A stretch of DNA of 64,000 nucleotides from Antedon mediterranea (taxonomy: Eukaryota > Animalia > Echinodermata): the NCBI RefSeq assembly GCF_964355755.1, contig NC_092677.1, positions 890,101 through 954,100 on the forward strand. Reading direction: 5' to 3'. A model generated the notes under the pieces. That model saw only the letters and a program-made list of their open reading frames with translations, was not told the origin of the DNA and made no database searches. Made by a program: the position numbers and the translations under genes. Positions 40,734 through 51,455 of the stretch are shown piece by piece (the first letter of the stretch is position 1; the number at the start of each line of letters is the position of its first letter).

Positions 40734-43700
40734 ATGGATATGGAATTCATAACATTAGTTGGTATCTTTTTGTTGATTATCTTTACAATGATAATTTATT
40801 TGTGTAAGAATGTGAATAAAGAAGTTACAAGTAAAAAGCAGATTTTTGTCAATACAACTGGTAATGTTAATAATGGAGTTATGGATAAGACAGCAGAATT
40901 TAAAATAGTTGTTAATGACATCTTGGACCTACTTGATGAATGCTGTTCAACTGAGAATGTCAAAGACGACAGAAATGATGATACAGGTAATGTCAATTGT
41001 GAATTTATGAAAGATACAACTGAATTTAAAGGAATAATTGATGATATCATAAACATATTATCTTATGGTACAGAGGTCACTTCAGAGTTTGATGATACAT
41101 GCGATTTCTGTAATATTGAAGTGAAAGTAGACGACAATTGCATAACATGTGACTGTTGTAGTCAATATTTTCATGTGAAATGTGTAAGAGATGTTTTTGA
41201 AGACAAACTATGTAATTCCAGGGTAATTTGGATTTGTTCAATGTGTGGGAATAATAATTTTGTTGATAACATGTTTGGCGAAATAGGTATTCCCTGTCAT
41301 TTCAATAGATATACGATTCTAGAACCTGATGAATCTGTTACTTCAGACTTTCCAGAATTAATGAAAAATAAAGAAAAACGTTGTAATAATGCCAAATTAA
41401 AATGTCAACAAACAGGAAGTGAAGATTTACTTGGTAGTGATTGGATCAGAGTAAGATCAAAGAAAAGAACCGACAACAGAAAAAAAAGATGTAAAAATAG
41501 AGGAAATAAGAAAAGGAGAAAGCGCGTTATAAATGGTATAAGTATAGAACCAGGTGTAAAATATATTGGCAAAGGTGTAAAAGATTTCTATGAAAGACAA
41601 AATAATAACAAAATGGAATGGAATATGAATACAAATACTTACAGAGAATACAACAAAGAAAATGGTAAAACGAATATATTGGGAAATTCACAAACAATAA
41701 TTGACGACAGTGGTAGGCCTATGTGTGATGATTTGAAAAATACAAAAGTAACGCACGGAATACAACAACAATCAGGTGGTGGTTCGAAACGTTTACGAAA
41801 TAACAAGGGTCGTTTTGTCAAAACTAAGAAGATTGATAACAAAAAAGCACAAGGTAATGTGAATTTAAAGAATGATTGTGATACTATGGAACGGTTTGGC
41901 AAAGATATAAAGAACATGGGTAATAATGACAATTCTGAAACGAAAACTGACGAGGATTTTAAAATGAAATGTACTGTAGAAAACGACAACACAGCGACTG
42001 ACGATGCGAAAGCACAAAATAATAGCAAAATGAATGACAGAAGTAGAATAATTGATAGTAATGGTACAGATCATAAAAATCAAACATGTGCAAGTTGTGA
42101 ATTTGAGGAAAATGAAGTATTGATAATTGATGACGGATGCAAAAAAGCAGTGACTGAAAAACTTAGGTCCCATACTAAACCTAAATGTGACCAACATACT
42201 ATCGATCCGGATATTGAAGTTTTAAGAAAAAATAATTTTTCGGAAGAATTGATAATCGATGATGTACCAAAACAAAAAAATACACGAAAAAGGCAGAAAA
42301 CACAATCAATAAATGAATTACAAGTATATAATAGTAATGAAAATATAACTGTAGCACAGGGTAATTTTAATCAAGGGAATTATAGATTTGGCTTTGCTAG
42401 TGGTAAACAGTGTGTTGCAAATAGTCTTGTAGCTATTCTTTATTCTACAAAGAGGAATGGAAATGAATTTTACACCAAAGACCTTGATACAATATTGACT
42501 CTTGGAAATGAGTTGTACCGTTACATTCAGAAAGATTCCACTATGCACGAGGACCTTTTAATGATTTCTGAACTGCCGAAAGAATTGGATATCTTGGATA
42601 ACACATTTGTAATATCTCCCAAAGAATCAGTTTTTGGCATAATAGATGGGAATCTCGAATTTATGGCTGAATATGGAGCCTTGTCATTAAACCAAGCTCT
42701 TGAACAAGAATTACACCAACATGATGCATTTTTTATGAATTTCAACAGAAGCACATTTTCTATTATCAAACGTGTAAATGGATTTCTTATATTTGATCCA
42801 CATGCAAGAGATCGATTTGGTTGTGTTAGTGAACATGGAAAGAGTATTTTAATTTACAGTCCATCTTGGCAAGGTGTGTACGATTATTGTATAAGATTAG
42901 CAAGGTCAATGAACTGTAATTTACATGAAACCGAGTTTGAACTGACTGGTGTAAATATTGAAAATAAGTCTATGATGTTATGTTCCGCTTCTGTGTTCGA
43001 TGAAAGCAACTTGGAAAATGTCGATGTTGATGAACCTAGTACGTCTTATCAGTATAAATGTAGTACACGATTATCTGACAAGAATATTGATTCTAAAGTT
43101 AAAGGTCAAAAACATAATAAAGAAACTCATGTCTCATCAAGTAATGGATGGCAAAGTGATAGTGATATTGAAATTGTTAATGTTCAGTATGAAGAAAGAC
43201 CTGACAAGAATTTTAAATTTATTCCTATCTCAGAAGCACAAAAGAAAAACATGTGTAATGAAGTACGCATTCATTGTGAACATACCGATATGAATTGTGG
43301 TATTAACAGAGCTAGTCAGATTGGACATCCTCTTCAAATTACGAATATTACAGGTGATGGTAATTGTTTTTATCGTGCAATTTCATACATTATTTCTGGG
43401 ACTGAAGATAATCATTTACTTTTAAGAAGAGCAATTACTAATCATTTATTGGAAACTGATGACTTATTTATTAATACATTTAGTCACAAATATAGATCAG
43501 TTAAGGAATATGTGTTTAAAAAAAGAGTAATGGATAATGGAACGTGGGCATCCAATACTGAAATAAGTGCAATGGCAAATTTGCTTAATACAGATATTTA
43601 TTCATTTAATGATCAACTTTTGACGTGGCAATTGTTTTCTGCTAAAAAGCCGGGAAGAATAGATGATGTTACAACTGAAAATGGTATATATATTTTGTAC

Positions 43701-46700
43701 ACCATGAATGTGCATTTTAATGTAGTGGAATCTGTCAATGTGAGTCAAAATAATGTTCAGGAAACAACAGGACAAGTTGATATGAATGTCACATCGAAGA
43801 AACGAAAGAAAACGGGAGAAGAAACTTGGGACACATTTGAAGATATAGAACCAACACACAAACAGAGTAAAACTGTTGAAAGCCCTTGTTCGGAAAGCAG
43901 AGTAAAAATATTGAGCGGAAAACGAAAACAATCTTATAGAATTAGAAAAGAAAAAGCAAAGAATCGACAGAGAAATAAACGGGAAAGAGAAGAAAAAAAT
44001 AATTCAGAAGAAACAAATGAACTCGGACACAAATATCAAAGTGATTCTGTATACACAGAGGAAAAGAAACGCAAAGTAAAAGAGACACAAAAAATAAGAT
44101 ATTGTGATGATGATTATAAATTACAAAAAAGGAAGGAAAACAGAGAAAGACAACGCAAAATGTATAGATGTGAACCTGAATATAAAGTTAAGGTACGAAA
44201 TAAAGCTAAACATCACTACAACCTTGATTTGGATTACCGAACAACCAAAAAAGAAACAATGAAGAGTAGATACGACAATGATACAATGTTTAGAAATAAA
44301 ACTAAACAAAATAATAAACAAAGAAATAAGGAAAGGTATCACAATGATCCACAATTTCGACAAAATTTGAAGCAAAATTTAGCAAAGAAGTATTGTAATA
44401 ATTCACATTTCAGAGAAAACATTAACCAAAAATTGACAGAGAAGTATCGGGGGAATTTGAAATTTCGACAAAACTTTAAGCAGAAATTGGCAGAGAAGTA
44501 TCAAAGTAATTTGAAATTTAGACAAAACTGTAAAGAAAAATTTACTGAAAAGTATCGGAGTAATTTGAAATTTAGACAAAACCTTAAAGACAAACTGGCA
44601 GAAAAGTATCGGAGTAATTTGAAATTTAGACAAAAATGCAAAGACAAATTGGCAGAAAAGTATCTGAGTAATTTGAAATTTAGACAAAACTGTAAAGAAA
44701 AATTTACTGAAAAGTATCGGAGTAATTTGAAATTTAGACAAAACTTTAAAGACAAACTGGCAGAAAAGTATCGGAGTAATTTGAAATTTAGACAAAAATG
44801 CAAAGACAAATTGGCAGAAAAGTATCGGAGTAATTTAAAATTTAGACAAAAATGTAAAGACAAATTGGTAGAAAAGTATCGGAGTAATTTGAAATTTAGA
44901 CAAAACTGTAAGCAGAAATTGGCAGAGAAATATCGAGATAATTTAAAATTTCGTCAAAGATGTAAGCAAAAGTGTAAGCAAAGATTTACAGAAAAGTATC
45001 ATGGTGATGAAGGGTTCCGGAAAAAAATCATGAAGAAAAACTTGAAAAATCGGGAAAAAAAAACCACAGAAAACACTAATTTTGATATTGTTTTAGAAAA
45101 CTTCAGGAAAACAGTTTCTCGTGGTCCTGAATATGTTTGTTGTATATGCTTTAAATTGTTATTCAAAGATCAAGTTATGAAGTGCATCAAAGCTAAATAC
45201 AAAAATAAGGCTTGTATAAATGAAAAGTATTTGCATATTTGCAATAATGAATGTAATAAACCTTGTCAATTTTTCGAATCTCCAAGGTGTCGTTTATGGA
45301 TTTGTTTCACGTGCCACAGGAAAATGTTAAACGGAAAAGTTCCTGCAGAAGCCAATTCAAACAATTTACAACTACACGATATTCCTCCTGAGCTCAGGTG
45401 TTTAAATAATTTAGAGCAGCATTTGATTGGATTAAACATTCCTTTTATGAAATTAATGAATTTACCAAAAGGTGGACAGCATGGAATACATGGACCAGTC
45501 GTATGTGTACCTTCAAATACTATTGAAACTGTAAAAATGTTGCCTAGACCAGAGGTTGATGATCAATTAATATCTGTAAAATTGAAGCGAAAGTTGTCTT
45601 ACAAAGGTTATTACAAATATAAATTTGTTAACACTGCCAATGTTATTCAAGCTCTTAGATATTTACAAGATCATAACAAGTGCTACTTTGATATAGCTAT
45701 TAATGAAGAATGGCACAATTATTTATCTGAAGATAACATGGAAAATGAAACTACTAATGAAGATGAAAACAATGAAGAAGAAGAAAAAGAAGAAGAAGTA
45801 GAAGACCGATTATGTGGTGTTACCTTTGATACAAGTCTTCAACCTGTTGACAGGCGACAAAATTTGGTTGATGAATATTTTAATGACATAATTTGTTGTG
45901 CACCATGTGAAAATAATAGTCCTATTGCATTGTTAAGTAATAAAAGCAATGAAGCAAAATCATTTCCAGTGCTATTTCCAACAGGTCAACCGACATTCCA
46001 TGATACGAGAGATGTTAAAATAACACTTGGACGTTATTTTCATAATAGATTAATGCATATAGATAACAGGTTTGCACAAAATACGGAATTCATATTTTAT
46101 GCTCAATCTTTATATGAACTTCAGCAAATTTTATCAAGTATTTCCATTGCATTACGAAAAGGGTCAAGAAAAAAGGATGATTTTAGCAAAGTTACTGTAT
46201 CCGATTTAAAAAATGTTACCAAAATTGAGGAGATTTTAAAATCTGATAGGGGTTATAAATTTTTAAAACAAATTCGTGGAACTCCACCGTACTGGCAAGC
46301 TACACAGAAAGATATAATAGCAATGGTTAGACAGATTGGAAAGCCAACATTCTTTCTTTCATTCTCAAGTGCTGACTTCCGTTGGAAAGAAATAATGACG
46401 ACATTGTTAAATCAGTCAGGAGACCAAAGAAACATTGAAGAATTAGAATGGGCAGATAAATGTAATTTGTTGAAATCAAATCCAGTGACTGTTGCCAGAA
46501 TGTTTGATAAACGCTTTCATACTTTTTTGAAAAATGTAATTTTGTCTGAAGCACAGCCTATTGGTAAAGTCGTAGATTATTTTTACCGAATTGAATTTCA
46601 AATGAGAGGAAGTCCGCATGTTCATATGTTAGTGTGGGTTGAAAATGCTCCTATTTTTGGTACGGATAAAGATAAAGATGTTATTAATTTTGTCGATAAA

Positions 46701-49700
46701 TATATTTCTTGTGCTGTGCCATGTGAAACTGTAGATCGTGAACTGAATGAAATTGTTAAAAGTGTGCAAATTCACAGTAAAAGACATTCTAAATCATGTA
46801 AAAAAAAGGGAACAAATTGCAGATTTAACTTTCCCAGACAACCTTCTGGAAATACATTTGTTATGAGACCTACAATTGTGGATAAAGACAATGATGATAA
46901 TGATGACAATAAACAAGCAATGGAGCTATTAACCTCAGTAAAAGATGCTGTGACTAATGAAGAAACATATAAAAATGCAATAGAACTTTTCCAAAGTTTA
47001 GGTATTACACAGAGTGCATTTGAGAAAGCAAATAATTGTGTAGCTACTGAGGAAAAAATTGTTATAAAGAGAAACCCCCAAGATGTGTGGGTAAATCAAT
47101 ATAATCCTTCCTTATTGAGAGCATGGAATGCTAATATGGATATTCAATATATTACAAATGTATATGCATGTATAATTTACGTTATAGGATATATGTCAAA
47201 ATCTGAACGGGAAATGGGTTTACTGTTAAATCATGCAGCATCAGAAGTAAAAGAAGGCAATGAAGATGCTAGGCAAAGTTTGCGAAAACTTGGTAATGTT
47301 TATATGAATAATCGAGAAGTGTCTGCACAAGAAAGTATTTATCGTGTTTGTAGTTTAAGATTAAAAGAATGTTCAAGGAAAGTTGAATTTATCCCAGTAG
47401 GACCTAATCCTGTCAGAATGAGTTTACCACTAAGTGTAATTAAAAACAAAGCAGATGATGATGTAAGTGCATGGTTGCCAAATAAGATCGACAAATATAA
47501 AGCTCGACCTAACATTTCTGAATTTAATAAAATGTGCCTTGCAAAATTTTGTTCAGAATATAGAATATTGAGTTCATCAGAAATGAAAGGAAACAAACAA
47601 AAAAAGAATGTATTTCAGTTAAAAAAACAGTTGGGATTCATCCAAAAAAGAACACGAACTAGTAATGCTATAGTAAGATACCCTCGATTTCCAATGGATA
47701 CAGCACCTGAGAAATATTTTTTGAGTATACTTCAGTTATTTCTACCATTTCGAAAAGATGAACAGTTAAAACCTCCAAATTTTGAAACGTATGAACAATT
47801 TCATGAGAAAGGATGTGTGAAATTATGTGGCTGTCAATTACAAACGGTAAAGTCAATAGTTCATGGAAACATGGAACAATATGAAAAAAGTGCTGATGAT
47901 GTTGAAGAAGCACAGGAATGTTTATCAAAATTTGGACCACAAGAAGATGCATGGAGTTTATTATGTCCAGAAAGCGAAAAAGAAAGGTTAGACAACCCAA
48001 AGCCAAATGTAGAGGTTGATGATGAAGAAGATGAATTTTTCATTCCAGATTTTGGAATTCAAAAAAATCATACATCTAAAGTAGAGTCTAATTCATCTAA
48101 TATTCCAAGACCAGAATTGAACAAAATGATTCGATCTTTAAATGAAAAACAACAACATATATTTTATAAGACAAGACAATGGTGTTTAGACAAAGCTAAT
48201 GGTAAAAAACCTGAAGCATTTTACACTTTCATAACTGGTGGCGCTGGTACAGGAAAAAGTCATTTGGTAAACTGTATTTATAATGAAGCGACACGTATTC
48301 TTGGAAAAATTATGGAAAATCCCGATGATTTGTCAATATTGAAATTAGCTCCTACAGGAATTGCAGCATATAATATTAAAGGCCAAACAATTCATAGCGC
48401 TTTGTCTATCCCGATTAATATTTCACTTCCGTATCAACCACTTGGAGAAGAAAAAATAAGTGCACTTCGTAATAAATTAGGCCAGTTGCAAATTGTTATT
48501 ATAGATGAAATATCAATGGTAAATCAAAGGTTACTTTGGTATATCCACGGACGATTAAGGCAAATAAAACAAGTACGCAACGATAGTCCATTTGGTAACA
48601 TTTCAATAATTGCTGTTGGTGATTTTTATCAGTTACCCCCGGTTATGGGCAGTTCGTTATACAAAGACACATTGGAAAGCTCACTGTGGATAGATAACTT
48701 TAAGCAAGTACAGTTAGATCAAATCATGAGGCAAAAAGAAGATAAAGAATTTGCTTTATTGTTAAACAAATTGCGTACAAAAGAAAAACATGATTGTTTG
48801 TCTGATAACGATTTATTAGTTCTAAAATCACGTGAAACAGGTGAAGAATGTGAAGATGCTGTTCACATTTACCCACGCAACAAACAAGTTGATGAATGGA
48901 ATAAAAAAATGTTGCACAAAACCTGTACAGACATTGTATGCATTGAAGCAGAAGATAGTGTAGTAAACGCCAATAAACAGACCAAAAATTGTGACAAACC
49001 TCGGAATTCACGTAAAACTAGTTTACTAAATTATTTGTGGATTGCACTTAATGCCAGAGTGATGTTGATTAAAAATGTAGATGTTAAAAAAGGCTTAACG
49101 AATGGATGTATGGGACATGTTTATGAAATAGTCAAACCCAATAATAACGCCAAACCAGTATCTATTAAAGTAAAGTTTGATAATAATGACATTGGTATTC
49201 AGGCAATTGAAATGTTTAAAGAATCTATGGGGGAAAAATACAGTCGAAAACAATTTCCTCTCAAATTAGCATATGCATGCACAGTTCATAAAGTGCAAGG
49301 AATGACAATGGATAAAGCAGTGGTTTGCCTTAAAGATACTTTTACGCATGGACAAGCATATGTAGGCCTCAGTCGTGTTACTTCAATATCTGGACTTACT
49401 ATTGAAAATTTTAAACCTAGTCTGATTTATTGTGATCCAAACATAAAGAAGTGCTTAAATAATATGGATTCATACGTACAATGTGATAAACAAGGTCATG
49501 ATTCGGATTCTAGATTTTCAATAATGTTACATAACATTCAAGGGCTTAAACAACATTTTGTTGATCTTCAGTGTAATGATTTGTTTATGAATTCTAATAT
49601 ACTATGTCTAACTGAAACATGGTTGAACAAGGATGATGATGTTTTTGACGTACGCATTGAGCCGTATAAATGTTATCACCAAGCAAGGTATGATTCGTAT

Positions 49701-50168
49701 TCTAATACAAATGATCTCAGTTCCAAAATAAAACATCAGGCTCATGGTGGCGTTGCAGTGTATGTCAAGAACACGTCTTCAAGCAGATTAAACATATGTA
49801 ATAATGATATAGAAGCAGTTTCATTTTTAATAACAAGTCCGATTTCTATTGCCGTGTCAGTAATTTATCGACCCCCAAGTTATGATATTAATCAATTCTG
49901 TCAAAATTTGAGAAAATATTTGGAAGAGTTACAAAAAATGAGTACAAAATGTATTGTAATGGGGGATTTTAATGAAAATCTTTTCAAACAATCTTCCAGA
50001 GTGAATAATTTAATGTCAGAGAATGAATACCGACAACATGTTACATGTTCCACCACTGAAAACAATACATTGATTGATCATGTCTATAGCAAAGGTCTTG
50101 ATTCAGTACAGGCTGAAGTAATTCCAATTTATTATAGCTATCATGAAGCCATTCAAATTAAATTTTAA
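40734..50168 (+). CDS. Full-length Helentron transposase, 3144 aa: hydrophobic N-terminus, PHD finger, herpes-tegument-like cysteine protease, OTU protease, 15-aa repeats, Cys-rich region, HUH Rep, Pif1 helicase, APE endonuclease
   Basis: Single uninterrupted ORF. PHD-like C4HC3 (CDFC..CITCDCC..FHVKC..WICSMC, ~41100-41246); QGNFNQG..GKQCVANSL..FDPH (~42350-42960); OTU GDGNCFYRAIS (~43346); HUH ~46611; Walker A ~48237; APE from ~49515. Domain calls are by motif recognition, not by search. Confidence 0.95.
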   Translation: MDMEFITLVGIFLLIIFTMIIYLCKNVNKEVTSKKQIFVNTTGNVNNGVMDKTAEFKIVVNDILDLLDECCSTENVKDDRNDDTGNVNCEFMKDTTEFKGIIDDIINILSYGTEVTSEFDDTCDFCNIEVKVDDNCITCDCCSQYFHVKCVRDVFEDKLCNSRVIWICSMCGNNNFVDNMFGEIGIPCHFNRYTILEPDESVTSDFPELMKNKEKRCNNAKLKCQQTGSEDLLGSDWIRVRSKKRTDNRKKRCKNRGNKKRRKRVINGISIEPGVKYIGKGVKDFYERQNNNKMEWNMNTNTYREYNKENGKTNILGNSQTIIDDSGRPMCDDLKNTKVTHGIQQQSGGGSKRLRNNKGRFVKTKKIDNKKAQGNVNLKNDCDTMERFGKDIKNMGNNDNSETKTDEDFKMKCTVENDNTATDDAKAQNNSKMNDRSRIIDSNGTDHKNQTCASCEFEENEVLIIDDGCKKAVTEKLRSHTKPKCDQHTIDPDIEVLRKNNFSEELIIDDVPKQKNTRKRQKTQSINELQVYNSNENITVAQGNFNQGNYRFGFASGKQCVANSLVAILYSTKRNGNEFYTKDLDTILTLGNELYRYIQKDSTMHEDLLMISELPKELDILDNTFVISPKESVFGIIDGNLEFMAEYGALSLNQALEQELHQHDAFFMNFNRSTFSIIKRVNGFLIFDPHARDRFGCVSEHGKSILIYSPSWQGVYDYCIRLARSMNCNLHETEFELTGVNIENKSMMLCSASVFDESNLENVDVDEPSTSYQYKCSTRLSDKNIDSKVKGQKHNKETHVSSSNGWQSDSDIEIVNVQYEERPDKNFKFIPISEAQKKNMCNEVRIHCEHTDMNCGINRASQIGHPLQITNITGDGNCFYRAISYIISGTEDNHLLLRRAITNHLLETDDLFINTFSHKYRSVKEYVFKKRVMDNGTWASNTEISAMANLLNTDIYSFNDQLLTWQLFSAKKPGRIDDVTTENGIYILYTMNVHFNVVESVNVSQNNVQETTGQVDMNVTSKKRKKTGEETWDTFEDIEPTHKQSKTVESPCSESRVKILSGKRKQSYRIRKEKAKNRQRNKREREEKNNSEETNELGHKYQSDSVYTEEKKRKVKETQKIRYCDDDYKLQKRKENRERQRKMYRCEPEYKVKVRNKAKHHYNLDLDYRTTKKETMKSRYDNDTMFRNKTKQNNKQRNKERYHNDPQFRQNLKQNLAKKYCNNSHFRENINQKLTEKYRGNLKFRQNFKQKLAEKYQSNLKFRQNCKEKFTEKYRSNLKFRQNLKDKLAEKYRSNLKFRQKCKDKLAEKYLSNLKFRQNCKEKFTEKYRSNLKFRQNFKDKLAEKYRSNLKFRQKCKDKLAEKYRSNLKFRQKCKDKLVEKYRSNLKFRQNCKQKLAEKYRDNLKFRQRCKQKCKQRFTEKYHGDEGFRKKIMKKNLKNREKKTTENTNFDIVLENFRKTVSRGPEYVCCICFKLLFKDQVMKCIKAKYKNKACINEKYLHICNNECNKPCQFFESPRCRLWICFTCHRKMLNGKVPAEANSNNLQLHDIPPELRCLNNLEQHLIGLNIPFMKLMNLPKGGQHGIHGPVVCVPSNTIETVKMLPRPEVDDQLISVKLKRKLSYKGYYKYKFVNTANVIQALRYLQDHNKCYFDIAINEEWHNYLSEDNMENETTNEDENNEEEEKEEEVEDRLCGVTFDTSLQPVDRRQNLVDEYFNDIICCAPCENNSPIALLSNKSNEAKSFPVLFPTGQPTFHDTRDVKITLGRYFHNRLMHIDNRFAQNTEFIFYAQSLYELQQILSSISIALRKGSRKKDDFSKVTVSDLKNVTKIEEILKSDRGYKFLKQIRGTPPYWQATQKDIIAMVRQIGKPTFFLSFSSADFRWKEIMTTLLNQSGDQRNIEELEWADKCNLLKSNPVTVARMFDKRFHTFLKNVILSEAQPIGKVVDYFYRIEFQMRGSPHVHMLVWVENAPIFGTDKDKDVINFVDKYISCAVPCETVDRELNEIVKSVQIHSKRHSKSCKKKGTNCRFNFPRQPSGNTFVMRPTIVDKDNDDNDDNKQAMELLTSVKDAVTNEETYKNAIELFQSLGITQSAFEKANNCVATEEKIVIKRNPQDVWVNQYNPSLLRAWNANMDIQYITNVYACIIYVIGYMSKSEREMGLLLNHAASEVKEGNEDARQSLRKLGNVYMNNREVSAQESIYRVCSLRLKECSRKVEFIPVGPNPVRMSLPLSVIKNKADDDVSAWLPNKIDKYKARPNISEFNKMCLAKFCSEYRILSSSEMKGNKQKKNVFQLKKQLGFIQKRTRTSNAIVRYPRFPMDTAPEKYFLSILQLFLPFRKDEQLKPPNFETYEQFHEKGCVKLCGCQLQTVKSIVHGNMEQYEKSADDVEEAQECLSKFGPQEDAWSLLCPESEKERLDNPKPNVEVDDEEDEFFIPDFGIQKNHTSKVESNSSNIPRPELNKMIRSLNEKQQHIFYKTRQWCLDKANGKKPEAFYTFITGGAGTGKSHLVNCIYNEATRILGKIMENPDDLSILKLAPTGIAAYNIKGQTIHSALSIPINISLPYQPLGEEKISALRNKLGQLQIVIIDEISMVNQRLLWYIHGRLRQIKQVRNDSPFGNISIIAVGDFYQLPPVMGSSLYKDTLESSLWIDNFKQVQLDQIMRQKEDKEFALLLNKLRTKEKHDCLSDNDLLVLKSRETGEECEDAVHIYPRNKQVDEWNKKMLHKTCTDIVCIEAEDSVVNANKQTKNCDKPRNSRKTSLLNYLWIALNARVMLIKNVDVKKGLTNGCMGHVYEIVKPNNNAKPVSIKVKFDNNDIGIQAIEMFKESMGEKYSRKQFPLKLAYACTVHKVQGMTMDKAVVCLKDTFTHGQAYVGLSRVTSISGLTIENFKPSLIYCDPNIKKCLNNMDSYVQCDKQGHDSDSRFSIMLHNIQGLKQHFVDLQCNDLFMNSNILCLTETWLNKDDDVFDVRIEPYKCYHQARYDSYSNTNDLSSKIKHQAHGGVAVYVKNTSSSRLNICNNDIEAVSFLITSPISIAVSVIYRPPSYDINQFCQNLRKYLEELQKMSTKCIVMGDFNENLFKQSSRVNNLMSENEYRQHVTCSTTENNTLIDHVYSKGLDSVQAEVIPIYYSYHEAIQIKF
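44329..45000 (+). repeat. In-frame 45-bp minisatellite (copy 2)
   Basis: Same as 1360-2030. Confidence 0.92.
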
Positions 50169-50311
50169 TTGTAGCAATGGTTTTTAAGTATTTCTGTGAA
50201 TAGAATTCAGAATAGAATACTATAAAAACTTTTTAAGAATTGAAAATAGAACTGGATACAAATCAAGAAAAAAAAACAATTTATAAAAACAAGCTGAAAA
50301 TCATTATGACT

Positions 50312-51455
50312 CTCTATGAACGAGGGGCAGCGAGTAATCTGTAACTTCAACCCATGTCATTCTCCTGTATAGGAGAAACAGTATCTGGTGACTAAACACA
50401 TTTTAATCTTGTTTTTATGTGAGTTATATTATTAAAGATATTGTTCTGAATTTGAATATGCAATGTTGCAATCTGTGCACATAATAATTGTTCAATATTT
50501 ACCGGTATTCAAATAATGTTAAAAATAAAAAGTTATATTTCACAGAAGAAGAAAATACGTTTTGTTTTATACGATTACCAATACTTCATTAGGTCTATAC
50601 ATACTTTCATTTGTATAATTGTTTTTGTATATTTTTTTTGTTATCTATCCAGGTCCACATGAAATTACTAATACAGTAATTTACTCATTTGGAAGAATAA
50701 TCAATTATTATCTATGCAAGAGGGGCAGTGAATAATCTGTAACTTCAACACATGTCATTCTCCTGTATAGTGGAAACAATATCTGGTGAGTAAACACATT
50801 TTAATCTTGTTTTTATGTGAGTTATATAATATTGTTCTGAATTTGAATATGCAATATTTCAATATCTACCGGTATTCAAGTAATGTTAAAAATAAACAGT
50901 TACATTTTACAGAAGAAGAAAATATGTTTTGTTTTATACGATTACCAATACTTTATTAGGTCTACACATACTTTCAGTTGTATAATTGCTTTTAATATTT
51001 TTTTTTCTATCTATCCAGGTCCACATGAAATTACTAATACAGTAATTTATTCATTTGCAAGAATAATCAATTTATTATCTATGCACGAGGGGCAGCGAAT
51101 AATATGTAACTTCAACCATGTCATTCTCCTGTATAGGAGAAACAATATCTGGTGAGTAAACACATTTTAATCTTGTTTTTATATGAGTTATATTATTATA
51201 AATATTGTTCTGAATTTGAATATGCAATGTTGCAATCTGTGTATATAATAATCTTTCAATATCTACCGGTTTTCAAGTAATGTTAAAAATAAAAATTACA
51301 TTTTACAGAAGAAGAAAATACGTTTTGTTTTATACGATTACCAATACTTTATTAGGTCTACACATACTTTCAGTTTTGTTTTCTATCTATGCAGGTCCAC
51401 ATGAAATTCCTAATACAGCAATTTACAAGAATTTTGCAAGAATAATCAATTTATT
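50312..51455 (+). repeat. Three ~370-400-bp repeats downstream of the ORF (copy 2)
   Basis: Near-identical to 7342-8485. Confidence 0.85.

Noticed and set aside
40734-50168. Endogenous large DNA virus or host PIF1 gene
   Set aside because: No capsid or polymerase genes; the HUH Rep, helicase and APE fusion with matching termini is diagnostic of a Helentron.
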